DNA of 64,000 bases from an uncultured Syntrophaceae bacterium (GCA_964645835.1 CAZYDG010000052.1:23877-87876); one strand, 5' to 3'; counted from the first letter of the stretch, positions 51,523 through 61,295 are shown. The notes: generated by a model not told the origin, from the letters alone. Numbers and translations: made by a program.

Positions 51523-53097
51523 TCATATCTTCATCCAGAAATCCGCGAAGACCATCGTTGACAGGATGATACCAAGGGGGACGTTGACCACGACACCGAC
51601 CGTGAATGCCCAGAAGGGCTTCATTCCGAAAGTGAACAGTTCCTTGAAGCGCGTGGAAAGGCCGATGCACAGGAAGCACAGGACGAAAGCCCATGAGCGT
51701 AGCTTTTTGATCGGGGCAATCACATCGGGTTCCAGGACGCTGGTTTCCCAATTCGAGCTTGCGGCCAGCTGATTGATAGCCGCTGCCTACCCAGGATCGG
51801 TAATCTTTGCCTTAAGTGCCTTTAATTCGTCACCTGTCAGGATGCCTTTGAAAGTCAAAGTTTTCTTTTCCGCGTCAATCTTCAGGCGATCGGCAAACTC
51901 TGGCGGCACCTGAAACTGTGAGAAATCCGCCTTGTACTCTTTGCCTTTGAATTTTCCCTCCCACTTGGCTTTGCCCTGATAACCGGCCGGAGCCATTGTG
52001 CCGATGATGCTGACGATGATGGACGCCGCTAGAAAACCGAGAACGAACTTAGGGAAACGTTCCCAGATGATTCCGGCCCCGACTTCTGCCCGCTTCCCAT
52101 CTTCACATGTTTCCCAGTACATGCAGGAGACAAAGGCCAGAATCAGACACCAGATCCCGATCCAGATATCACGCCCGATTACCTTCATCAGGGTGAATGT
52201 CTGGATGGGCGCATCGCCGAAGCGGGTGGCAAGTTCGGCCGCCACGGCAAAACCCGCTGCATCCGCAAATTCAGATGAACCAATGATAGCGCCCGCGACC
52301 CCCGGCGAAATGCTATTGGGTACGAGTTGCTTCAAGGCAAACGAAAGGACGAAGATCATGACGATGGCCCAGATGGTTACGATAGCGATCGTAATGGAGA
52401 TATGCTCATTTTTGGCCTTCACCGAACCGCCCACGGCAATAGCGGCGGATACGCCACAAATGGCTCCGCCGCTGCCCAAGACCGCACCGAACTGTGGTTC
52501 CAGCTTGAAAATTTTCGTTGCGGCCCAGTATATCGCCAGCCACGTAGAGACGGATATAATTGTGGCCTGCATCAGGGCTGCTGGTCCGGCCTTGAGGATG
52601 AGGGTAACCGGAAGGGTTGCTCCCAGCAGGACGATACCTGTTTTGATGTAATACTCCGTGCGCAGGGAGACTTTGAGCCAGGCGGGTATCTTTCCGACAT
52701 TCGAGATGATCAGCCCGATGATGAGCGCCAGCAGAGGAGCTTCAATGTTGAAATCAATCATGATCTGCAGGCTGGAGAGGTAAAAGATAATAACAGCGCC
52801 GACAAACAGGATGATGAATCCGGGGATGAAATGGCTCAGCTTGTGGCCCATGAGTTTCATGGAAAAGCTGAAGACCACGCCTAAGACAATGAAGATTGTA
52901 ACATAACCGCCAAAATTTTTAGCCAGATCGGCCCAGGCCTTTCCCATATCCGTCACCTTGCCGGGCAAGACGGCCCACCCCTTTATGGACGTTCCCATCC
53001 ACAGGGCAATAATGGCTACCAAAACAATGCCAAGGCCAAGCCACACAGACCACCAATCTTCCGTTTTCCATAGTTTCTCAAAACCGCCGTTAGCCAT
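51523..53097 (-). pseudogene. YeiH/putative sulfate exporter family transporter with an in-frame TAG at 51787-51789
   Basis: TEDWW, TEYYIKTGIVLLG, ICGVSAAIA, MKVIGRDIWIG; the frame continues past the TAG to LRSWAF...IGLSTRFKEL. Confidence 0.85.
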
Positions 53098-53187
53098 TTG
53101 CATCTCCTTTCCAGACAATAAAAATAAACAGTTATTCGTTGAAAATTAAATGCCGAGTTAAAGGGTTTTAATATCTTAGGTATAATT

Positions 53188-53215
53188 CCCCGCTGCAGTG
53201 GCGGGGTAGTTCATT
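53188..53215. repeat. Short REP/IS200-605-end-like hairpin
   Basis: CCCCGCTGCAGTGGCGGGG followed by TAGTTCATT. Confidence 0.45.
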
Positions 53216-53391
53216 GCAAGGTTGGGATTAAATGTTGGCCGCTTATGATTATACTCGAATAATATAATGTGTTGTTTTTCAAAAAACAAGGTTTTTGAAG
53301 TAACATAATCTTCTGTTGGAAAAAACCTGTTAAAGTCGATATAAAAGAACATGGTTTATTAAATGTTCATAAAAGAAAGCGGATCAAGGAT

Positions 53392-54699
53392 ATGGAAAGC
53401 ATACCACTGCATCAGCACCGAAAAATATCTTCGTTCAGACCATGTGCCATGCTCTGGGATGAATCCCTGACCTGGGGAATCATGGCCCGACAGACCCTTA
53501 TGGGAGCATCGCTGCCTTTTGACTTACTTACGTCGGAAGATGTTCGCCAAGGTGCTCTTTCCAGTTACCGCATGATCTTTGTTCCAGGTGGGTGGGCATC
53601 CAATAAATTGGAGGCGCTGGGAAAGGAAGGTCAGGAAGAAATCCGCAGGTTTGTTGAAAAAGGCGGAAGCTACTTCGGAATTTGCGGTGGCGCCGGAATG
53701 GCTACCGAAGAAGGAATCGGACTTCTGCCGGTGGTCCGCAAACCTAAGTCTGAAAGAGTCCCCAGTTTCAGTGGAGGCATTCGCCTGGTTTGTAAGAATC
53801 ATACAATTTGGGATGGAATTGACAGCCATGAATTTTCTGTCTGGTGGCCGTCGCAGTTCCAGATTGACATCAACAATATCAACATTCTGGCAAAATATGA
53901 AAATCCTTTGTGTGACGCCTTCAGTGCAGATATCAACATGGAGGAAGGGGAAGCAATCGGGTGGTCGGAGCTGGAACTAAGATACGGTATCCTTTTGAAT
54001 CCGGCGCGCCTGCGTGGGGAACCGGCAGTGCTGGAAGGATGTTATGGCCAGGGGAAGGTAATCCTTTCTCTCATCCATTTTGACACCCCAAACGATCCCA
54101 ACGACGCCATCGTACTGAGAAATATCTGGAAATATCTGGCTTCATATGTCCCTGGTCAAAATCAAATAAGAAAAGAGCTGCTGAAAGGCCAATCCATAAT
54201 ACATCATTTGCCGCCTGAGATACCTCGATTGATTGAAGAAATAGATGGCGCCATAGATGATTTATTCAACGCGGGGGAGAGAAATTTCCTTTGGTATTGG
54301 AGGAATCCACTACTACTTCATTGGCGTCGCGGTGTCAGGGGAATGGAATATACGACACTGATAACGATGATAAAGGAAACCTTGAAATATATCGATGCCT
54401 TACATTCAGATTATACTTGTACGTCGAATGGGCGAACAGGTAATATTACTGAATTACAGCTGGAAAATGATCTTGTAAGCATAAAAGAACGGCTGCTCGC
54501 CTTCATTGAAAAAGCAAAAAGGCTTCTCAGCAGAGAACGATTTTACTTGACCTCCTCTTTACTGTCTCCACTGGATAGCGGAGATGAGGAGATCAATCGT
54601 CTAAGACGAATTCTCTTCGCATCGGAAATGAGGCATGGAGGCGATTTTAAATGCCTTATCGATATGGTTGACCGGCTGCTATTCAGACTAATAAAATAA
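53392..54699 (+). CDS. BPL-N / class I glutamine-amidotransferase-like domain protein
   Basis: FVPGGWA, IRRFVEKGGSYFGICGGAG, LIHFD. Confidence 0.75.
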   Translation: MESIPLHQHRKISSFRPCAMLWDESLTWGIMARQTLMGASLPFDLLTSEDVRQGALSSYRMIFVPGGWASNKLEALGKEGQEEIRRFVEKGGSYFGICGGAGMATEEGIGLLPVVRKPKSERVPSFSGGIRLVCKNHTIWDGIDSHEFSVWWPSQFQIDINNINILAKYENPLCDAFSADINMEEGEAIGWSELELRYGILLNPARLRGEPAVLEGCYGQGKVILSLIHFDTPNDPNDAIVLRNIWKYLASYVPGQNQIRKELLKGQSIIHHLPPEIPRLIEEIDGAIDDLFNAGERNFLWYWRNPLLLHWRRGVRGMEYTTLITMIKETLKYIDALHSDYTCTSNGRTGNITELQLENDLVSIKERLLAFIEKAKRLLSRERFYLTSSLLSPLDSGDEEINRLRRILFASEMRHGGDFKCLIDMVDRLLFRLIK

Positions 54700-54859
54700 A
54701 GTGGTACGGATACAAATATAAATTGGTAGTTGATTGCTGTCAGCCACAAGCTTTGCCCTCCACTTGAGAGATCCGGACATAATAACGGAACTAACTATTA
54801 ACTAGAGGCTTTTCTAAAGGAAAAAAGTGGATGCTTCCACCCCGCTCATGGTCTTCGAT

Positions 54860-55012
54860 TGCCGAGTACTCTTCGCAATGCTCAGCCAAGACAATGAAAT
54901 AGGTCAAGAAGATGAGAAAACATCATCTTTACGAGGTCGGGAGCGTGAAGTAGAACGTCGCACCCTTGTCCACCTCGTCGCCAATTGTGTCATCTTCCAC
55001 AATGTATTCTAG
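54860..55012 (+). pseudogene. Possible Tn3-family transposase C-terminal fragment
   Basis: HLVANCVIFHNV resembles the Tn3 TnpA C-terminal motif; short and degraded. Confidence 0.45.
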
Positions 55013-55137
55013 ATTGCTACACTTTTCCCGCATCGTGTCAATATTATGCCAATCCTGCGCCACACCATTAATACCCGGACTGACAAAATGATTTTTTAAT
55101 TATAGCACTTGTAATGAATTGAGGAAATCTTCATTTA

Positions 55138-55152
55138 TGGCATAATATATGC
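55138..55152 (+). promoter_or_regulatory. Putative sigma54 promoter
   Basis: TGGCATAATATATGC with 12-bp GG/GC spacing and an AT-rich upstream tract. Confidence 0.6.
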
Positions 55153-55336
55153 GATATACTTATTAGGGCTACTCCATCGTTGGAAAGATTTCTCCCCCAT
55201 AGCTTCGTAACCATAGAGCCTTACGCTTGGTCTTATCCTCCGCGCCGATGATAAGAAGAAAGATGATAATCATTAACACTTGACATGAAATAGGTAGTAT
55301 GGCACAGCCAAGACTGGTTAATAGGTAGGATAACGT

Positions 55337-55711
55337 ATGAAATACAATTTCGCAAATTCAAAATTCATGCTTCTTCCCATTCTTCTCACTGTTTTTTCAT
55401 TTTTGGGTTGTGCGGGCGATCTTGTGTGTCGCCACCATGCCCTTGAGCTTGCATCTTATGGCGTTGAAAAAAACCTGGAAACCCGCATCTCCATATATAA
55501 GATAAATGATCTGGCGTGGGACTCACATGCGCAAGCGCAGGTGAAAGTTGACGGTAAATGGAAATGGATGGCAGACTGGTTTGGATATGTCGTCATTGAA
55601 GATGGTCCAACATTTAAGCCAACAGGTTATATGCTCTTCCTCACCATACCCGAGTATCTCGAAGTCCTGAAAAAAGGTACCTATTCGACAACGACCGGGA
55701 ATAAGCAGTGA
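55337..55711 (+). CDS. Hypothetical lipoprotein
   Basis: Hydrophobic leader with lipobox FLGC. Confidence 0.65.
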   Translation: MKYNFANSKFMLLPILLTVFSFLGCAGDLVCRHHALELASYGVEKNLETRISIYKINDLAWDSHAQAQVKVDGKWKWMADWFGYVVIEDGPTFKPTGYMLFLTIPEYLEVLKKGTYSTTTGNKQ

Positions 55712-55836
55712 AGACAGGACATGGCTCTACTCACGCTACCTTGATAAATAATCGCTCTTCCCGCCAAAGAATTGTCACAGGAAATTCAACAATAGATAAA
55801 TATGATAAGTGGGGCTGCCGTGCCACAGGTCCAAAA

Positions 55837-56298
55837 TTACAGGCCGTCTTTGATAGCTTTCTTCTGATCGTCTGACAGGCCATTGTAAAGGGTCTCGAAG
55901 ACAGGGATGAACTTCTTGATGCTATTGGCATGTGCTTCGGCAAGCTGACCATAGAATTTGATTTCATCAACAGGGGTCCCGGCATTTGATTCACGTGACT
56001 TAATCCTGGCGAAGAGTGTTGCCATTGTTTGCGCATTCTGCCGCATCACCTCGGTCATGTTATTCCACAGTCCCTCCTGTTCCTGCGTGATCTTGAGCTT
56101 CTTATGAAGAGCTTCAATGCGTACCTCTAGAGATTTGAGGTCCGTCTCCTTAATACTAATTAAAGGCGCATCAATGCCTTCCGCTTTCAAAATGCCGGCA
56201 AGACCGATTATCACAAGGAACGCTGCCGCCACTCCCGCAAAAGCAGTTTTATTAGCAAACCTATGGGCAATTCTTTTCACAGTCTCTCTTTTTTCCAT
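55837..56298 (-). CDS. Spy/CpxP (LTXXQ) family periplasmic chaperone
   Basis: Signal-like segment, KLKITQEQ and LSDDQK motifs. Confidence 0.8.
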   Translation of the reverse strand: MEKRETVKRIAHRFANKTAFAGVAAAFLVIIGLAGILKAEGIDAPLISIKETDLKSLEVRIEALHKKLKITQEQEGLWNNMTEVMRQNAQTMATLFARIKSRESNAGTPVDEIKFYGQLAEAHANSIKKFIPVFETLYNGLSDDQKKAIKDGL

Positions 56299-56536
56299 GT
56301 TTAGTTCCCCAAATAGCATTTGCGATACGATTCATAAGCGGGGAGTTACTTTTGTGATGTTGATCATATACTCTTTTAATTTGTTATTATAGAACTTGGA
56401 CACCATTCACAATCAGGGATACTCTGACTTATGGATTCGAAAAGCCTGATGATAAACTTTAAAAATGCTGATTGATGTGATCGGAACTTCCTTATATAAG
56501 GCAGATAAGAAGGGAAATCTTCATGAGGCAGGTTTT

Positions 56537-56595
56537 TGTCCGGATGGTCTGGACGATGTCCGGATATCCCGGATTTTGTCCGGCATATCCGGAAT
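56537..56595. promoter_or_regulatory. Second array of three 19-bp TGTCCGG-N5-CCGGACA-like palindromes at 20-bp period
   Basis: TGTCCGGATGGTCTGGACG / TGTCCGGATATCCCGGATT / TGTCCGGCATATCCGGAAT. Confidence 0.6.
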
Positions 56596-56644
56596 GATCT
56601 CTTCGATAAGGAGTGTTACAATGGTTCATTTTTGGACCATGACC

Positions 56645-56890
56645 TTAGCCAGCAATTGAAAGAACAACGTAGTCGCCCTCATTGACTGCATCATACTCTT
56701 GAACGGGTTTATCCAGACTCTGGTTACTTGTCTTGATCGTCAACACACCGCCATCGGGCATGGCCTCCATGGCGTTGGCAACTAAATTGATAATCGTCTT
56801 GGTAAGATGCATGGGTGACCCCATGATGTTCAGAAGGTCTGTGTCGAGGTCATTCTTTGTCTTTAGTTTTGGATTAAATGACGAGATCTT
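56645..56890 (-). pseudogene. Histidine kinase HATPase fragment
   Basis: Manual translation LDTDLLNIMGSPMHLTKTIINLVANAMEAMPDGGVLTIKT...GDYVVLSIAG*; no start and no G-boxes. Confidence 0.8.
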
Positions 56891-56926
56891 TTAGTAAATG
56901 GCAATGCTGCCGGTCATTATCTGTCA

Positions 56927-57619
56927 TCAACTGACATCAGAAATCCGGAAAAGAACGGTTAAATGTATATTCCGGATTCCAAATTTCTCCAATGGAATCA
57001 TAACCACATGATCTACTTGTAGTCCTGGCGGAATGGCAACAGAAATTGGAACCTCTCCGACAATAGCACCCTCACCGGCGCACCGAAAACAATCATAGGG
57101 ACCAACGCCACCATAGCCTCTGCACGTTGGACAAATGGATCTCACAGGAATCATGATTCTTGCATTTCCGCCATATACAGTTTGTTCTTGTGTCAAATTG
57201 ACTTCAACTGTGAGATTCTGGAAGCGTCCTGATTTCGGCTGGGCAATGCTGGAGAAGTTAGACCAGAGCCAATCAAAGATTTCATCGAATGACGGAGTGA
57301 AGCTATTAAATGACCTTACCATGGAAATATCGCCAAAATCGTTTCCTCGCGTTTTCGGTATTAGAGGTTCCGGTTCCGGACGAGATGAGCGCTTTAAAGC
57401 AGGTTCAGACTTTACTTTAACTAAACTCTTTTCGTATTCACGCCGTCCATCGCGATTGCTTAGGACTGAATAGGCTTCCTGGATCTGCTGAAATGTATCT
57501 CTTTCACCAGAGTAATAATCCGGATGGAACTCTTTTACCAGACGACGGTAAGCTGCCTTAATTTCTTCAGCATTTGCGCCAGGGGCAATGCCGAGAATCG
57601 CATAATAACTCTTGGCCAT
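56927..57619 (-). CDS. DnaJ-domain co-chaperone (J domain plus one Zn-finger pair)
   Basis: YYAILG...FHPD; CPTCRGYG and CFRCAGEG; GGAGG SD. Confidence 0.9.
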   Translation of the reverse strand: MAKSYYAILGIAPGANAEEIKAAYRRLVKEFHPDYYSGERDTFQQIQEAYSVLSNRDGRREYEKSLVKVKSEPALKRSSRPEPEPLIPKTRGNDFGDISMVRSFNSFTPSFDEIFDWLWSNFSSIAQPKSGRFQNLTVEVNLTQEQTVYGGNARIMIPVRSICPTCRGYGGVGPYDCFRCAGEGAIVGEVPISVAIPPGLQVDHVVMIPLEKFGIRNIHLTVLFRISDVS

Positions 57620-57679
57620 AGTTAACCTCCTCGTCTTTATAATGTTTTAAGTTTTTATGCCGATGGACAATACCTAAAT

Positions 57680-58315
57680 CTATGTATCCTTACTAACTAC
57701 TGTCAAATGATCACCGCTTCGTTCAGAATAATGCCCTTCCATGTGAAGGCTATAACGTGATAGCAGCCAAATTTCGGGAATAATCTCTGAAATTATTTCC
57801 CCGTTATCAAAGACTCTTACTATTGAACTCTCGGAAACAACAACGGCGACAGCATCTGTTTCACGGGTTATTGAAGCAGCAGCCATGTGACGACTTCCAA
57901 GGCCCATGGGCAATGCAACGTTTTTTGACGTTGCGTTCAAATATCGACAAGCAGAAAGAAACTTTCCTTGGTCAGATACAATGAAGGCGCCATCGAGTTG
58001 AGCAAGTTCTTTAACCGTTTCTCGCAAATTGTGATCATCTATATTTAGAGATTCTTCAGAATGACCAATCAGCGGATCAAGAATCATGCACCTAGAATCT
58101 TGAAGGACCCGATCAGAATCTGAAACGACAAAGATTGTTCCAATTTTTCTTCCCTCTCTTTCTTCTCTAGCAATTTCAAGGGCAAGCAAAATGACCTTTG
58201 CCAGGGTGTCTAAATTGACAAGGCGATCAGCTGTTAGAATGCCTGCAAGTAAATAGCAGGTTGAATCCTTGATCATTTCAGCATCAGTTGCAACTGAAGA
58301 ATATTTAGTTACCAT
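57680..58315 (-). CDS. Stand-alone diadenylate cyclase (DAC/DisA_N domain)
   Basis: REGRKIGTIFVV, ELAQLDGAFIV (DGA), GLGSRHMAAASIT, VVSES; no TM segment or HhH domain. Confidence 0.88.
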   Translation of the reverse strand: MVTKYSSVATDAEMIKDSTCYLLAGILTADRLVNLDTLAKVILLALEIAREEREGRKIGTIFVVSDSDRVLQDSRCMILDPLIGHSEESLNIDDHNLRETVKELAQLDGAFIVSDQGKFLSACRYLNATSKNVALPMGLGSRHMAAASITRETDAVAVVVSESSIVRVFDNGEIISEIIPEIWLLSRYSLHMEGHYSERSGDHLTVVSKDT

Positions 58316-58379
58316 CAGATGCCTCTTTATCTTTCAATTTGCATAAATCAGTATTCCCATCGTTCTTACTAATAGCCAT
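58305..58379 (-). pseudogene. Remnant 5' end of hsp20C forming a 24-aa mini-ORF
   Basis: TGAAAGGAGAAAAAATATGGCTATTAG matches the SD and start of hsp20C (9073-9097); MAISKNDGNTDLCKLKDKEASDGN* overlaps the DAC ATG. Confidence 0.7.
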
Positions 58380-58406
58380 ATTTTTTCTCCTTTCATTTAT
58401 ACTTTA

Positions 58407-58811
58407 TTAAGCTGCCTTTATAGCAATCCTTTTTGCTTTCGCTTTTTCCGCTTTAGGCAGGGTTACTTTTAAAACGCCATTCTTTACCGTAGCATTAATC
58501 TTATCTCGATTCACATCATCAGAAATTGTAAATGCCCTTTGATAATCACCGGTTTCATATTCCGAGTAAATAACTGAATACCCTTCATAATTATGTTTCG
58601 GAACATCACCCGTTATCGTCAGAATGTTTTTTTCAAGTGTTACATCCACACTATTTTCGTCAATACCAGGCATATCGGCAATCAGAACCATGGTATCCTT
58701 AGTCTCGTAAATATCCACTCTCGGAGCATAGACTTTACGTGCTCTTGTCCGTTCCGTTTCAACAGGATTCTGTACTTCCCGTTTGGTCATCTCATTTGAT
58801 TCATTTGACAT
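58407..58811 (-). CDS. Hsp20 (B2), close paralog of 8655-9059
   Basis: Same length (134 aa) and nearly identical sequence. Confidence 0.93.
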   Translation of the reverse strand: MSNESNEMTKREVQNPVETERTRARKVYAPRVDIYETKDTMVLIADMPGIDENSVDVTLEKNILTITGDVPKHNYEGYSVIYSEYETGDYQRAFTISDDVNRDKINATVKNGVLKVTLPKAEKAKAKRIAIKAA

Positions 58812-58826
58812 ATCGATTACCTCCTT

Positions 58827-59267
58827 CTACGATGCTTTAATGCTTATTTTCCTGGGCTTTTCTTTCTCTGCTCGCGGCAGAATGATCGTTAATATGCCTT
58901 TCTCATAAGTAGCAGTTACTTTTTCTGCATCCACAGCGAACGGAAGATTAACGCTTCGTGAAAACTTACCGAAATTACGCTCATTCCTATGATTAACCTC
59001 ACCTTCTTTTAAAACCTCCGGATCTCTTGATCCGCTTAAAGTCAGGTTATCATTGACCACGGCGATATTTATAATATCGGGGTCGACGCCTGGCAATTCA
59101 GCCGTAACAATGACATTATCAGTGCTTCCCCATATATTCAGCGCTGGATATTCCTGTACTGAGAGATAGGAATCAAGTCCTGAGAAAGCACGATTAATAT
59201 CACGCTGCAAACGTTGCAGCTCCCTGAAAGGGCCAATTCTGAAACTCCCAATAGATGGTCCAAACAT
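58827..59267 (-). CDS. Hsp20 (A2), close paralog of 8198-8638
   Basis: Same length (146 aa) and nearly identical sequence. Confidence 0.93.
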   Translation of the reverse strand: MFGPSIGSFRIGPFRELQRLQRDINRAFSGLDSYLSVQEYPALNIWGSTDNVIVTAELPGVDPDIINIAVVNDNLTLSGSRDPEVLKEGEVNHRNERNFGKFSRSVNLPFAVDAEKVTATYEKGILTIILPRAEKEKPRKISIKAS

Positions 59268-59799
59268 ATCAAACACCTCCTCAATTTATTATTTATTTAG
59301 CGACAAAAATACATCTACCATGCTGATATTATACAGTATTACCCGTTTTCGGGAGAAAAATAATCATGGTTTTTTTGTTGTCAAGAGGGGATGAAGAAGA
59401 TCTTTTAAATTTTAGATTTTGAGACCAGAAGATCCCGTCTGCTAATGTTGGATTGTTATTTCAAAGATATCACAGGATCACGAGCACATACATAGCCTGT
59501 GATTTCTTTACCAAAGGGGGATGCGCATTGGATCAACCCGTAATCGTGGCGTTGGTTATTCAGATATTGAAGGATCAGCCAGTCCTTGTATGCATGGCCG
59601 GGAGTTATACCGGAAAAAATAAACACATGTCCTCAATTTGACATGACAACAAATCTTTTCGATCATTTCACGATGATGGGCAGGCGAATAATATGGTTTC
59701 TTGGGCGAAGTATCGAAAAGCAAAACCATATTAGACAGGGATTCACAGCAAACGCTATGACCTGTGATGGCCTGGAAGATTAATGGCGGTATCCAAATT

Positions 59800-60889
59800 C
59801 TAAAGGGACTGTTCTGCGCCTTCCTCATCGATATGCTTGAGGTTCGTAATGTCAATCATGACTATGTGGCATTCCTTTTTATCATTGGATGATCGGGCCT
59901 GTAGCCGTACAAAGATTGATGGACGATACTCGTTCGGAAGCATAACATCGCAGTTCTGGATGAGATCGCTGTTAAATGCTTTTCTCAAAAATGCGTTGAA
60001 GACAGGATAATATTCCTGTGAAACATGTAGCTGGAACCGCTGGCCGGTAAGGGGGTATCCCCCCCCCAAGGAACTCGGCAGCGGCCTGGTTGAACCGTAC
60101 GATGTTCCCTTCGGGGTCTAGGGAGAGGTAACAAATCGGGGCGAAATCATAGATATCACGGTACATATCCATGATCGCATTGGTCTTTTGGTGGCACTGT
60201 GCAAGTTCTTCGTTTTGCAACTCTAGCTCGATCTGGTACGTATGCAACTATTGTAAAAGTTCCTGAGTATCCGCTCCTAATTCGCGCGACCATGAGGCCG
60301 CCTCGATCACTTTCAGGTGTTCTTGTGCCCGTCGCCGCAGTTCGGCGTTTCGCTCGCTGTCCCTATCTTCTCTCTCTCGGAGCATTTTGACCAGCTTCTT
60401 GCGCGCATCAACCTCCGCTTTCCGCTCCGCAGTTCTGACCTTGTCCTTCTCTTTCAGGGCTCTATGAGCTTCCCGAAGTTTCTCTTCCGCTTCCTTGCAT
60501 TGTCTATGCTCCTCTGCTTCCAACAGGGCTCTCTTGACGGCGGGCACAAGCCGCTGCTGGAGTCGGGTTTTCAGGACATAATCTTTCGCCCCGTGAGTCA
60601 GGATGTCGATGGCACGGTCTTCCGTGACCGCTCCGGTGACCAAAATGAAAGGGGTCTCGGGGCATCTTCGTTTCGCTTCGGTAAGGGCCAAGGCGCCATT
60701 ATACTTAGGCAGGTCATAGTCGGACAGGATAATATTAGGGCAAAAGTTCAGAAGCGCCTGAACATATTCTTCTTCAGTCTCCACCACTTTCAGGGTTAAG
60801 GCCAACCCTGCCTCTTCCAGTTCAAATTGAACCAACTCAGCATCAGCGGGGTTATCTTCCAGAATAAGGGCACGAATGGGCTCCATCAC
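59800..60889 (-). pseudogene. Degraded REC-PAS signalling gene
   Basis: REC LILEDN...SDYDLP; in-frame TAG at 60248-60250 inside LLQ*LHTYQIELELQNEEL; frameshift in G/C runs near 60055-60067; ends after the PAS domain. Confidence 0.8.
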
Positions 60890-61269
60890 GATCTAATCTC
60901 CTGAAAGGTTCGGCTCACGAAAAACGTTTCTCAAAATATATACCCAATGATATCTTACGTCAAAGTCATTTATTAATAAACGTTCGAAAACTTGCACGTC
61001 GAAGCAGATATCAATTCTATTGTTTTCAGCTTGCCGCATACCCCCCAAAATACCCCCATAAATTAAAGCATAGGCAAAAAAGGGGCATATGACCCCCCTA
61101 AAAAATGCGAATTTTCTCACACCTGCCCGTGCATTTTTCAACTGCCCTTAGGTAACGCCCCAAAAATCGCCGTTGCGGTAATCCTCAAGGCTTTTTCCAT
61201 ATTCATTGATGGGGGAGCGGATGGAAAGGCTCTTTCTGCTGGATGCTGTTGACATTGATAATGTGTATT

Positions 61270-61295
61270 TTGGGGAGGGATTGCTCCCTCCCCAA
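61270..61295. terminator. Strong hairpin downstream of the oxidase gene
   Basis: TTGGGGAGGG-ATTGCT-CCCTCCCCAA; no U tract. Confidence 0.5.

Noticed and set aside
57680-58315. DAC as part of a CBASS-like anti-phage system
   Set aside because: It has a DisA_N fold rather than a CD-NTase, no nuclease, TM or TIR effector is adjacent, and its neighbours are chaperones.
59410-59800. Possible degraded gene fragment upstream of hsp20A2
   Set aside because: Short open frames, but no family I can recognise without a search.
51787-60250. Genome-wide TAG recoding or pyrrolysine, suggested by two in-frame TAGs
   Set aside because: TAG ends hrpA, hsp20A and dsrC at their expected C-termini. The second TAG is in a gene with other lesions, and no pyl genes are in the window.
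60893-61200. 82-aa ORF and repeated CCCCC-AAAA motifs
   Set aside because: The ORF lacks an SD and any motif. The motifs are irregular and may be regulator sites, but are too weak to call.
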